Shown one piece after another: positions 36,201-51,200 of a stretch of DNA of 64,000 bases (its first letter is position 1; each line of letters opens with the position of its first letter). The stretch is from positions 248,001 to 312,000 of the forward strand of contig NW_026863297.1 in NCBI RefSeq assembly GCF_026571515.1, read 5' to 3'. Origin of the DNA: Ruditapes philippinarum (Eukaryota). The notes beneath the pieces were generated by a model. It was not told the origin of the DNA and searched no databases. It saw only the letters and a list, made by a program, of their open reading frames with translations. Made by a program: the position numbers and the translations under genes.

Positions 36201-39200
36201 TAAAAAATGTTCAGGGTTATTGCTATGCTTATACTTAAAGCTAAGCAATTCTTTCCTTAGTACACGATGATACATTTTTCAAATGTGAGCTGTACAAGGA
36301 GCAGCATGCTCTACTTTTCTCAGTACTTGATAATAATGGGGCATAACTCTGAAAAACTGCCACATAGAAACATTTTCCCTTGATAGTAAACAAGAGTTTT
36401 TAGTTTGAAGTGAATATCTATGATAGTGTTATGAGCAAAAAATCAACTTTCAGTGTTACCTAGCTGCCCTTTAGGAATGCATTATAATTTTGATCATGAA
36501 CAAGTATTCCAAGCTTGAATAGAAAAATTTTGACTGTTTTTGAGAAATTAACCTTAAGGTTAACCAAGGCAAAAAAGTGGTGTTACTTAATTCCTGAAAA
36601 TAATATTTAAAGACAATCAAAATCTGAGATCTTGAGATCAAATGAGATTGCAAAAACATTTAAACATTATTACGCACTCATCTAGGAATTCTACAGTCTT
36701 CTCAATACATTTAACACAGAATGTGTTTTGTATGGTTTGATTGTCCCCTGCCGTTATTTCCATCCCATCTACACTCAGTCGAGCCCGGAGTTTATATGAA
36801 CCCATCATTTGTTCTGAACACACTAGTAGTAAATCGTTAAACTGAAAAAAGAGAAGAGAAGATGAAAATGTTTAAATTTTTCACTTCTTCAACGATAACT
36901 TAATTATATAGTTTCTTGTATAGGTCGCACAGTCAGTTTAGGATCACTGACTTTAAATCATTTACCCACCAATACCCCCACCCCCTCTGGCCATACACAT
37001 ACACTGTTGCTTGGTAACCCATCAGGGACTTGGAATGCTTTTATGTTAGGAAGTTATACATCTAATTCACAGTATGGTCGTGGTTCTACTAAGATGTCTG
37101 CTTGAGCATAAAATATTGTCCTGAAGGGCACTGGAGGTGTTCCTCCACCACCAGTAAAGCTGGTAAAATTGCATTTGACCTTTATATTGGTCAAAATCCA
37201 ACCAAGGGAAAAATAAAACACCAACAAATAAATTAAAGTTATGCACCAATATGTCTGAAAAAAATTATAAATAAATAAGTAAAGAATGGTGAAAATATTA
37301 CATGACAGCTGATTATGTTGAAATTGCATTTTAGCTACATTCTTAAATATCATCAATATTCATATAAAATGAAGAAAATACAGCAAAATAAAACCACTCC
37401 CAAATAAAAGCTTAAAGTCCAAGTCTTACTTTCAGACTTGAAATGTTCATAAAAGTAAAATGTTGATGAAAATGTGTCCTGCTTATCTATTTATAATATA
37501 TAAAAATTTTAAAGCAACACAGGCCCTTTAATAACATAATACAAATTTTTACTCACTAAGAAAATATATCTTGCTTGCTTTTCTCCACTGCGAGCTGATA
37601 TTTTTGTTATTGGCCCTTCTTTCACAAGCTCTCTGGTTGGACTGACTAAATCATTGGTCCCTTCTCCATTCAACCGAGGTATTATGTTTAATAACTTGTG
37701 AAATTTATCCTAAAATAATACAAATATAGCATTTTTGATATACTTGTGAAAGTATCTGAGTATGTACAGAATACAATCCATGGTTAACCGATGACATATA
37801 ATGTAGTATTATTGAATATATACCAAGTGTAACCAATGACGGTGGTGGTATTGGTGGTATTGGTAGTTTTCACTCCGGATCATGGCAGGAAGCCACCTTG
37901 AAGTTTCAAGATCACAGTTCAGTCCCCGCACCGTTCCTGGGTAAGCTGTCAAGCAGTTTCCAGTAAAAAAGTTTCCTTCATTTCCGCCCAAAGGAACTGA
38001 AATTCTGTACATGCCCCGGGCAAAGGTCAGTGTAATGCCGTAGGAGGATTTCACGATCAATCCAAACCAAATGCCTGCACTGTTGGGAAAATTGGGGGGC
38101 CCGTTTCACGTCCAACACCTTCCAAGACAAAACCAAAAGGTGATGGTGGAATTAAACACATTCATCTATTGACTTGTTTCTTTACTTAGTTCAGCTGCAC
38201 TTGAACGAAAATATGCGACTCACAAATTATTTAAAGAATTCATTAACCAAGAATCTTTCCTTTAAATAACAACTTTTGTGCCTTTCATTTTTTTCAAAAT
38301 TTCTGTATGGTTTTAACAGAGAAAATGTTATAATTCAAACACAAAGTGACAGCAGTAATCAGTAAAATCTCTTAATGATCTTTTTTATACATTAATGTAC
38401 AAAGTTTCTTTCTAAAATAATGATAATATAATAGAAAAAAAAACATACAACTGAGGATATATTTTTTCTAATTTAACACACACAAAAAAAATATCCAATT
38501 ATTCTTAGAATTTCATTACTCTTGAAATAAGATACCAAACTTCATCACAATTTCCAAACATTTCCTGAAAATTTACATCAATTAAAAAGTAATTTCACCA
38601 TTATAATTAAATAAACTATTGATCAAAACACAAATTTACGCATGTTTCTCTCTATTGTCAAATGAACTAAACTAGAATTTATTTGTTTACAGAAAATTTA
38701 AATGTTTGGGGTTTATAACTATTTTGTTAAAAGGAATTGAGCTCTAGAGTTCACTCCCCTGCTACTCCAACTAAAATTACTATTACGAGTAGACTTTCCA
38801 ATGAAAATTGAAAACCAAGGTCTGTGAAGGTGACTATTTTTCACCTTGCACCTAACAGAACCTTGGCTGCATCCTTATCAAAGGTCGTACATTTTAGACG
38901 TATTACTGTGCAGTGTACAATATTGATTTACAAAATGTCATACACTTAATTGTAAGGCTGTCTTACTAAACACATTGTTATGATTAAAATGGATGTATTT
39001 GATAAGAGGGGCCCCTGGTGTTTCTCCTCCAAAAAGTGAAATTAAAGTCCACCAGATTCTGGTAGCGACTAAATAAATACATGTACTGTATAAGTGGTTA
39101 AACTCAGAAATATCACAAAAATTTTCCTCTAAGCGAAAATCATATTTCAGTTTTTCACTCTAGCTTCGAACCAGTGATTTGCTAATATTTCCACTCGCGC

Positions 39201-42200
39201 AATGTTTGGAATTTTAAATTCGTTAACTTTCGAAATGAGACACATCCTATAATACAGTATCTATTACACACACTATAAAGAGAAGGATTTAATAAATACA
39301 TACCAGCTTCTTCATGGCAGTATTGGAATGACTGGCAGCCTCAGTCACAAGGTCCAAGGCTTCTGTAAATGGCAAGAGAAATTTATGTGTAGACAACATT
39401 TATATGTTTACATTTGAATTTCATTTAAATGTCATTGTGTGGATATAAATGGATTTACTATTAGGGAAGAATATAAAAGTTATTTATAATTTTTTTTTAT
39501 AGAACTTGAGGTCAATAATAACAAACCAAAATGACCAGTACTTGAACCTAATCAAAATAAAAAGAAATAAGTAGGGGCTGATCTGTTAAATTTTTGTGTT
39601 TTTTTTGTTTGTTTTTTTTTTTGGTGGGGGAGTGGGGATTTTATGTTGCACCAACACAGTATAGGTCATATGGTTACTTTCGAGCTTTACCGAAGGAGCA
39701 AGACATCAGGTGTTCTTCTGTGCATTATTTCAGGCATGAACGGGCACCAGCGTAAAACCACCGATGTTCCATGAGCTAGCTGGAAAGCTTCTTCGCATGA
39801 AAGAATTCATAATCAGGATTTGAACACACAGCTATGATGGGCAAGTGGTTTGAAGTCTTTGACCTTAACCACTCCGCCATGGACGCCCCTACCTTTAAAT
39901 TTAGTTATAATTATAAATCTTCATTCGTGCATTACATTTTTATGTAAGTTATTAGTTAAAAAAAAAATAATAAAAGTGTGTCCAGACAAAATACTTACTT
40001 TGGGCATCAGGTCGATCTGGCGAGTCTTGTGGAAGTCTTTTTAAATAATCTGAAAAATGAAAAGGTAAAATGGAAATTACTGCAAAATCATTATTATTCA
40101 TGGGGCACTAATTTTCATTGTTTACAATCCACGAATATAAGATCTATGAAATTTCATTTCGTCTGCTGTAAGATTATTTTGCATCACATTATTTACTTTT
40201 TACCTTTTGGAAAAATTACCAGTTCACGAATTTAAGGACCCTTGAAAATGTCTTTTTTGTGATAAGGCCACAAAGTTTCATATTCAGTGGAAAAGGTCTA
40301 TAATAATCACTGCTAGCACTGGGAAACTGTTTTATTGTACTTCAATGATTTTTATTTATTTCATGAAATGTCATGGGCACATTCAATAAAACTTTGAATA
40401 GTCTCTTAAATATCTCCTTTATTACTATAAGAGAAAATTTATGGAAAAAAAAACAAATTTCATTTACATGACTGTGTATTACGTTTGGTCATGAAATCCC
40501 ATTGATATTATTTTAATATTCTGTTAACAAATTCGATCAAAATTGCACCTGCGTTAAAATGTTTACATGATAATTTCAAGATCATGAAATTTTTACAATC
40601 TGAATATCATTTAAATAGCAATATGGATAAGTTAAAGAAGACATTGCCTTGGGGCTGCGTTCTGTGAACATGGCCTATCTTGGTTCTCATATTTTTTTAA
40701 AAATTTATTACAGAGCTTTCATGAACCAAGGCAGAGTGTCATGAATATTCATTAAGGTTCATAAAATTGCTCTTTATGTAATGACAGTCATGGAAATTTC
40801 TATTAAGTGATGATAATATTTTCTTGTAGCAACTGGTATTACCAGTATGAAACCAGTGCATACCAAGATCAGTCCCCCTTAAACCTACTGGCATAAAACT
40901 GATTTTACCCATGAAACCAGTGCAAACCAAGATCAGTCCGTATATTGGTGCCTTCTGATTATTTGGTGTGCACTTGATTCAGTCAATACATATCATATGA
41001 AAATTCCTTCTATACCACAATGGATTAAATACAAGTAGTTTTTTTCCCAGATTGAATGAATGGTCCATATCCATTAAGATAATTTTTAGGGTTTAAACTG
41101 TAATTTTGAAAGAAAAATTTTTACCTTTAAGGAGCTTTTTCGTATCTAGGCAACTCGTTGGATAGGCTCTAACATGTGATGCTGTAGGGTTTTTAGTTGT
41201 CCGTCATTCTGGTGGAGTTTTGCTTGATGAGAAAAACAAAGAAAATTCAAATAGAAATATAAGTTCATTTGCTACACTAGAGTTAAGGTAAGTCTTTACT
41301 CACAGCAATGATTTAAATTCTATCCCGCCAAAAAATGTCTTTAACATAAGCTAGTATTGTACTCAATGATCCAGTCATTTTTCCGTGAACGCGATTTATT
41401 TTTTTTCACCCAATACTTTGGCATTTTTCATTAATTTTTAAATTGTTTTAACAACCAGAATTTTATAATAGCGTTTAAAAAGGTTTAAAATTTATTTTAA
41501 ATAAAATTTTAAAGCCCCCAAAAAATTTTTTTCTTCATTAAAGGAATTAAAACCCGTCTAACAAAAACACAAAAGGGCAGATTGGTTTTTTGCAAATAAA
41601 ATTTTTATTTTTAAAAGATTATAGAAGGGGAACCTTCCACATTTCCATTTTTTTTTTTCCTGGGGGGCTTTAAACTTTGGGCTTAAAACCAAAGGGTAAA
41701 ATTGTAAATGGTCTTTTTTAAAAATGTTTGCAAAACCCCGCATATTGAAATTTGGGAAAAAGGGGAACCATTTTTTAAAGTATATGATTTTAATTTTTTT
41801 TAACACTAAGAACTTTATCAAACTTAAAACATCTTGTTTCCAAAGAATTTTTATTATTTCCCAATTTTCTATGTCATACATGGCAAACATGGTGGGGGGG
41901 GGGGGTAAATGTCCGGGACAATATACAGAAAATTACAGAAAACCAACCAAAAAGTCACTGAATTTTGTATGTGCAAGCATTAATAGATTATAATTGCAAT
42001 ATTTATAAATGCAGTTTAGTAAAGGGGAAATTTACAATTCAGAACGTACTGAAAAACATAGAAGTTTACTCTTCACTAACATATCATATTTTGCTTTAAA
42101 ATGACTAAAACACAGCAGAATTATGTACATATAAGGATTTCAAAATTCAAACAACAATTGGGCATCAAATTTATTCATTGTGTCAAGATGATATTTAGTT

Positions 42201-45200
42201 CTTTTGTGTCTCATTAATTTAACATAGTCATAGAACTTTTGCTTAATGTTTATCATCTTTGCAAGCCTGGTGTAGGCATATCTAAAATTATTTCAAAAGC
42301 TAAGAAAATTTCTGATGTTGGAACTGCATTACTCGGTCATTGACTGCAATTCAGCATTATTTTGACTTTTCATATTAAAGTCAGTTATGTTGCTACCTTA
42401 ATAACAACTAAGAAGTGCCAGAGGCATGATATTTAAATAATGATAAACTTTACTTGATTCAAATCGTTGATATTGGAGAGCAAACAACCTTGCAATAATG
42501 ACCTTGACCTTTGACCTATAGGACTAGAAATAAATATTTTTTCTGATCACTAACCTTTATATCCTGAAGAAGTGTAGCAAATCGCGGCGATTGTGACGTC
42601 CATTTATCAATCATGGCCATCGCCTTGTCATAATTCTTCACATACTCTGTATAGATCTTCAGGAAGGGCGCCAGCTTTGCCATTACATCACCAATCCTCT
42701 GAGAGCTTGACCTGGAACCAGAAAAAACAAGATGGATGACTGTCTAGATTCTGGATCAGTAGACGGGAAAATTGGGACAGTTGCCAGTCATTACACAAAA
42801 TAATAATCAATCAGAAAAGTCAAAGAAGATAATAACATTCCTTTTGAAGAAATTCCCACCTACAGCGGCTGTATTAACTAATAAATTATACCAAATCAAG
42901 TCCAAATGTTTTAAACATGGCTAACATTGATAAATTTTATTCTTATTTTATTTTCAATTTCAATAATGAATAGTTTTATATTGAGTTTAAAGCTCACATG
43001 CTTTATAATACTGCATATTTTTAAATGCTGCATTTCATTGGATAATCGTGACATTTAATTGGCTAATTGGCTTATATACACGACTACTGTCAATTTATGA
43101 AGAAATCTCACTTTTTTTGTCTAAATAAGGAAGTTTGCTGTATTATAAAATCGTTATAGATATTCCTGAAAAATGTTTATAACTAATAATATAACTTAAT
43201 CTCTTAAACAATGCCAAAACCCCAGTCAGCTGACTTTTCTTAAGAAATAAATGTACAGAAGTTCAACTGGTTGCAAGAGAAATCTGAGCTACTGAGAAAC
43301 ACCTTTTTCAGGTGTTTCATTTCTTATTCTTCCACAAAATTTCAAACAGGTTCAAATTATACTTTTGTATGATCTTGTGGACAAAAATAAATTATTATAA
43401 TTAATTTGAATTTGAAACAGTCTATTGTTAATTTAAGAGATTATAAAAGGTAAAATAGGACCCATTGAAGGTAATTTTTACTCTAAGGAAGCTAACAATC
43501 TGGTCAGTGTGCTGAGACGTCCTAGCTGGTACAGATGTATAGACCCGCATGGCATTTTACTTGTGACATTCCCCTATTAAAACAATTAATGTAAACCTCC
43601 TCATAGCTGCCCTTTGTAAAGCAATAACCTCTTTACAATAAAAGCCTCATTTTTCTCCCAAAAAAAACTTCACAATAAAAAACCTGTCTTGAGCAAACAC
43701 CTCTCGGCAACATTCAAATTCTTTGGTCTCCCAGGGTGTTGCTTAGCAGAGGTTTTACTGTACGTACCAATGCTGCATCCTATCTTCAAGTTGAGGGAGC
43801 AGGAAATCTTTGTGAAACAAGCATATAGGTTTTATGTTCGCAAACATTGTATTGATGTCGTCTGCTGGCAGGAAGTTACCGTTCTTGCTCTCCATGGTAA
43901 CGCGGAAATGGAACGTCTACAAAAATATGCAAAAATATATTGGCTTAAAGTTCAGTCGTAAAGTACATTTTTGACTTTTTGCCATAATTTAATAAGTTTT
44001 CTGACTTACAGATTTTATTCATTTACTTTTAAAAAGACTATTTTGGTCTAACATACCAGTGTATAGCCATGCAAAGTTTGATAATTTCTATGCATAAACA
44101 TGCATTTTTTTTACCTAGGACGGAAAAATGTTTAGAATAATAAGACATTTATTATAAACATTGTTAAATCAAATCTATTGTCTCATAAATCAGCTACCAT
44201 ATTAAACCATAATATCGGATGATCTTATTCAGAAGCTTTATCCTCAATCATTACAGATAAACATTACATAATAGTTGTATTTTGAAACAATACATATTAG
44301 TTTTATAGAGAATATAAATTTTGTTTGTTTGTTTTGCATGTAAGAAAGAAAAGTGAACAACTGGTTGCAATATTTACATGAGTGGCATACCCATACGTGA
44401 AAACATAACAGGTCATATGTTCATGAGTGGATATATATAATTTCATCTTATATGCAAACAAACAAGTCTTCTTTTTTATTTCAAAAGGAAGATTTATTGA
44501 CTTTTGCTGCAAAATTTGTGATGTAACATGTTAATGTTGGAAATTTTCTGTTTTTGAAATTTCTCAAATTTCTCTACTAACGACATTCAATGTGCAAATT
44601 TTTATAGGTTTTCTGTAATAATGCACATTTGAGCCGTGTCACGACAAAACCAACATAATGGGTTTGTGACAAGCATGGATCCAGACCAGCCTGCGCATCC
44701 GCGCAGTCTGATCAGGATCCATGCTGTTCGCTGTCAGTTTCTCCACTTGTTATAGAGTTGATAAGCGAACAGCATTGGATCCTGATCAGACTGCGCGAAT
44801 GCGCAGGCTGGTCTGGATCCATGCTGGTCGCAAACGCACTATGTTGGTTTTGTCGTGACACGGCTCATTTCTCTTATTTCAGCAAAATTGTAATAATACT
44901 TAAATGCTTTACACCATCATTCAAAATAAAGTTTGGCTTCTGTAAAATTATCAACATATATTATTGCACTATCTACTGACAGTAAGAGTTGGAATATATC
45001 TTCTGTTAAAATGTCTGCAGCTTTTACAAGGAAAACCACATGAGTGGGTAGAAATTATTCCCTGAAACTTGCTGAAAATATCATCCTTGTTGATTATAAA
45101 CCTTTATTTTTCTCCATGAATTTAATATTGGTAAAAACCACAAAATTTCCACTTGATATTCTAAACATGTATAATATCTGATTTAGTCTAGGGAAAAATT

Positions 45201-48200
45201 ATTTTACGTAATAGTAAATATAGATCTTAATCCCTTGTGAAATTCTTCCTTCTTATACCTGTTTTAATGTGGTTTCCATAAAAATACCAGTATAGGGAAT
45301 AATTTAATATATAAAACACATGAAATGTTACATTTCTTATTAAGATTCCTGAAATTAGCAAAAACTTCAGGTTGTTAATCTTCCTAACTAAACCATATCT
45401 TTCTAGTCTTGAACAAGGTATTACTTGATCTACATTAAACTAGGTATTAACTGTTTAACCTAACTAGGCATTACATGATCTACCCAACTAACCAGGCACT
45501 ACCTGTTTTACCTTACCAGGCATTACCTGATCTACCTAACTAGGCATTACCTGATCTACCTAACTAGACATTACATAATCTACCAAACTAGGCATTACCT
45601 GTTTTATCTAACTAGGCATAACCTGTTATACCTAACAATGCATTACCTGATTTACCTAACTATGCATAACCTAATCTACCTAACTAGGCATTACCTTATC
45701 TACCTAACTAGGCATAACCTGCTTTACCTAACTATGCATTACCTAATCTACCTAATTAGGCAATACCTAATCTACCTAACTAGGCATTACCTGATCTACG
45801 TAACTAGGCATTACCTAATCTACCTAACTAGGCATTACCTGATCTACCTAACTAGGCTTTACCTTATCTATCTAACTAGGCATTACCTGATCTACCTAAC
45901 TAGGCTTTGCCTAATCTACCTAACTAGGCTTTACCTAATCTACCTAACTAGGCATAACCTGTTTTACCTAACTAGACATTACCTGTTTTACCTCACTAGA
46001 CCATTCCTGATCTACCTAACTAGGCACTCCCTGTTCTACCTAACTAGGCATTACCAAATCTACCTAACTAGGCATAACCTGTTTTACCTAACAATGCATT
46101 TCCTGTTTTACCTAACTATGCATTACCTAATCTACCTAACTAGGCATTACTTGATCTACCTAACTAGGCATTACCTAATCTACCTAACTAGGCATTACCT
46201 GTTTTGTCTAACTAGACATAACCTGTTTTACGTTATTTACCTAACTAGGCATTACCTAAACTACCTAAATAGTCATTACCTGATTAAACCAAAAAATAAA
46301 TATATTACCTGATCTATAAGGTTTAATCTAGCTACATAGGCCCTCTCAGTTGTAAGAAGTTCATGTGCGATCTGATGTAGCTTATCTTTGGGTTTCTCCT
46401 CTTCTTCCTATAGAAAAATAAATTCCCCATTCATTAATGAATCAAGTGTACTTAAAACTGATAAGCTAATTAGTACTGTTAGATAAAATAAACTAAAATA
46501 GCATTTGACATGAACAGCACCTAAAATATATCTCTATGTTTAATTGAATGAACAATTTGTCTACAATTTCATGACTGGGCTTGATAAGGCAATTGACTTG
46601 AACTAGACAATATAAATGAATACATGTAATAAGTTTTAGTTAAACCTAAAGACAACTAAATAAAACCATGAACAAAAATATTCTGTTGGAATTCTATTCT
46701 ATGTACATTGTATATAAAGTTATGTATGTGCATTCAATGGGTCCATGGTCCCTGCGTTGAGAGGACACGGTCCCTGCGTTGAGAGGACACGGTCCCTGTG
46801 TTGAGAGGACATGGTCCCTGCGTTGAGAGGACATGGTCCCTGCGTTGAGAGGAAATGGTCCCTGCATTGAGAGGACATGGTCCCTGCGTTGAGAGGACAT
46901 GGTCCCTGCGTTGAGAGGACATGGTCCCTGCGTTGAGAGGACTCATTGCCCCTTTGTGCATTATTTCAGGCACAAACAGGCACTCGAGTAGAACCACAGA
47001 CATTTTGTAAGCTAGCTGGATAGCTCTCTCACATGATGCTGGCACTGCTCGAACCTTAGTAACAGTGGTGAGAGGCAAAGGGGTTTAAAGTCAGAGGCCT
47101 TAACAACTTTTTCAATTCAATTCATCTTCCATGAAATATTTTAATACAAAAGATGGGTGGAATTCCTTAATAATACATGTACAAGCAAAAAAAAAAACAC
47201 TGATTAATTTGAAGTCAAAAGAAAAGTAACGTAAAAGATAAAGTCAGATGAAATCTTTAAATGTTTAAAACAACTCCTTTTATGTAAAAAGTTAGGTATC
47301 TGAAAAAGTGTAATCAAGTTCAAAAGCCACCTCTGGGCCTCAGTGCCTTGTCAAGATTAATGTCTATATGAAATAATAAGAAATATGAATTTCATTTAAA
47401 ATTAACTGATACATTAATACAAAGCCAGAAAATGAAAAAATCAAATGTCAAAATCTGTCTGGCAGACTGTTTTTACATGAGACATGTGTAAATAGAAAAT
47501 GTGTAACGGTGACAATTTACATGAAAAAAATAATAATAAATAAAGAAATAAAAAACAAAATAAAAAAAACAACAAGTAAAGTAATGTGATACTAAAATGA
47601 ACATTGAAGACTGTACAAGGAAGATTTTTTCAAAAGATACCATTTCTTCCACACTATTTACAAATCATTTAAGCTGGAATGCACATATCATATAGAATGC
47701 ACTTTCCAGTTCATTAATTTTTCCCAAGATTTCAATCTTTCCAATACCTTAAATTTTCATGTAATTCTTTTTTTTCAAACTCAAAAGTTATCTCCCTTTC
47801 TTACACCCATTTTCTTAGTGACATTAAAATTATCTCCCCTTCCAACAATCATTATTTTTTCTTTCTTCCAACAAACATTAATTTTTCTTTGTGATAATAA
47901 TTGTACAATATAATTCAAAATAATCACAAACTTATCATTTGTTCATTAATATGTTTGGGATTTTTTTCCTACCTTTTTTAAGTCCAGTGATAAAATCATG
48001 CATGTTATCTGTTTAATTTAACTTCAAAATCAATTCATTGTTGAAAAGATTACATTTAAGAGAAAATCAGAAAGAAGTTAAATTATAATTTGCATAAACA
48101 TATTTATCTTAAAAACCAATTTTCTACTTTTGAATTAATATCTATTTTACTATCTATTATTTAAAACATGGACTTTTAAAACCGTTTTATGAGCATTACA

Positions 48201-51200
48201 CAAGATAAATTTAGATTTAAAAAGCACATTTAAAATGTAAACCACATGCTATAAAAGGTTTACATAATTATACAACATTTTCCTGTACAGCATTCCAGGC
48301 ATATGCACTTGAAAACATTTAGGTGCAGCCCTCAAAACATGTATACATGCACAACAGCCAGATTTTTTTAATTAAAAACACAAGCATCTCTTACCTTTAC
48401 ATGTAAACTTAATTCCACCATATTTCTAATGTTTTTTTTTATATTTAAATTATATAAATCCAACCAATTTTATCATTTAAATAAATCCATAATTTAAATC
48501 ACTCCTCAAAATATTGTAACAAGTGTAAGCTGGGATGTTATATAAATAAATTCCCAGTATAAAGAAAGTTTAGAAACAACCTATATAACAATGAATTTCG
48601 AAACAAAAATGATTCCTTTATCCACAAGTATATCCTCAAAAGAACTTCCTTTATTTAACAATACATGTTTGTTTCTAACTCACAAGTAGTTTAAAGTTCA
48701 TCCATGTATTAAAGTCAGAGTATCAACATACAAAAAAAATTCCTATGTTTTTAGTGCTGGCAAAACTATATCTGAACCCCCAACCAAAAATCTGCAATAT
48801 TAATTTAGGGAAATATTAAAGGCAGCTGTCTATTAACATCTCTCCCCTGCAGACAGGCTCGGTTTTTACTACCATTAGCTCATTCACATATTGTGCCAAT
48901 TTCTCAATTAATCGCGCCCCCCCCCCCCCCCCCCCCCCTCTCTATATTTATTATCAGCACTCAATTTGATTGAGAGATGAATTCTCTTCTCTACCAGAAA
49001 TAAATTTATATGGAAACATAAAAAAGACTTAATGATGGTATCTTTAAAGTATTCACATTCTTAGTATTAGATTTACTATGAAATAAAAGTCAGATCTTTA
49101 TTTGAATTCTTTAGTGCTTTTTGTTCTCTTAGACAAAGCTTTACTGGATTCTTCCTAACAAAACATTTCAATGTTACAAAGAAGAAATTGGAACGCATTA
49201 AATATCAATATGTATGTTAAATAATTTATGATTTATTTACAAAAGTTCATGACTTATTAACAAAAATTCATGATTTTTATAGTAAAATTAATCTTGCATT
49301 TCAATTCATTTGCATTTTATAAAAATTCATGACAAATTCATAAAAGAGTAAATGATAGAAACAATAAATTCTTTAAACATTACATAATAAGCAATACAAT
49401 TAGTAAGCACTTTGGTCAATTATCTTAAATAAAATCATTATGATTGAAAGATTTTTGAATTTTTCATCAAAATAAATATCATGTTTATTTATCAATATGA
49501 TTACCTATGATTGAAATATACTATTATTAAGAAAAAATAAAATAAAGTGTGATCTTAAGCAAATGTAATTTTTTTTTAAAAATTTGCAATAAAAAAGTTA
49601 TGTATCAATTAATATTTTATATTTATTTCTTCAGCTTTTACTAAGAGTTTAACCATGATACATGTATAACTACACTATATATAATCACATAAGGAATTTA
49701 AAATCTTTGTCTTGAAAGCAGCAGCTGCTAAAGTATGGTGTGAAAATGTGTCCTTAATTCCAATTATTTAACACAATAATATAACAACATTATTTTTTTC
49801 ATGATAAAAATATTATCACAACAATCCATTGAAGCAAAGAAACAAGAAAACTGCAGACAATCAAAGCTTCAGGGCTGATTCATTCATAGAGAAAGATTGA
49901 GGGAGAGATGACAGATATAATAGACAGAATATGAGCCGCGTCACGACAAAACCAACGTAATGCGTTTGCGACCAGCATGGATCCAGACCAGCCTGCGCAT
50001 CCGCGCAGTCTGATCAGGATCCATGCTGTTCGCTTACCAACCCTATTGCAAGTAGAGAAACTGATAGCGAACAGCATGGATCCTGATCAGACTGCGCGGA
50101 TGCGCAGGCTGGTCTGGATCCATGCTGGTCGCAAACGCACTATGTTGGTTTTGTTGTGACGCGGCTCATATCATCATTAGAATATCAACATTAGCAGTTG
50201 GTTCTTGGTGAGTAATTCTACTCAATGAGTAATAAATCAGTATGAAGAATCATTTTGTGCACGGAAAACCTGTGCATGATGAGCTAGGCTGATAGTGTAA
50301 GATCAGTCATGTTTGTATGGTACTAAATTTTGTAAGTTTGTTCAGTTAGTATTAAATCAGTATGAAAAACCATTTTGTGCATGGAAAACCTGTGCTAGCT
50401 GCTTAAAGTAAAATCCTGCATATTTGTATCGTGTCTAATTTTGTGGATTTTTAACTGTTGTACATTTACAAAAACAAAAAAATATTCTAAAGTAATATCA
50501 TTAATATACTGAAATTATAAATGTATTATAAGTTACAAAGAAAAGGATGTAAAACTATGATATACCAAAAGGTTTTAATATTATTTTCATTCAAACTACA
50601 AGATATTTATAGGATGGTCCTTATGAGTACAGAGGTACTCAAATAAAATACAGTAACTAGGACAAATAAGTGTCACAGGGTGAGAAAATGTGCAGCCTGA
50701 CCTTCGGAATATCATTCTATGGCTCTAAAAACTAAGCTATCTGGCAGCTTACACATCTTTTCTCCTAAACAGTGAACTGATTTGAGCCACAACAGATGAC
50801 CAAGCCTCATTTGCTGTCATAGTGACATATTAACAAACTTATACATATTTAATAAATTAATAAGTAATATATATGTATAGACACATGTAATAATAGCATC
50901 ATAACTAATAAGTTTCACAAACTACATGACTAAGGAAACTTTATAATTCTTCTTGATAAGACAGAGAAAGATTTCATGCATCATTGTGACCTTGACCTAC
51001 TGACCTCAAAATCAATAGGGGTCATCTACTTGTCATACCTAGTGTTAAGGCGTATACCTAAGACTTCCTCATTAAGGACATGGTTCTAGGAACTTGTACA
51101 CATTGGAATCAAGTTATTTTGCTCTTAATTTTGAAAAATATACCAGGAATAATAATGGTGGTATGCTCATACTCAGGTTAGACCCCTGGTGATAAGGTGT

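Noticed and set aside
45638-46312. 224-aa ORF (TRHYLIYL)n
   Set aside because: Translation of a 24-bp tandem repeat, antisense within an FGD intron; no coding evidence.
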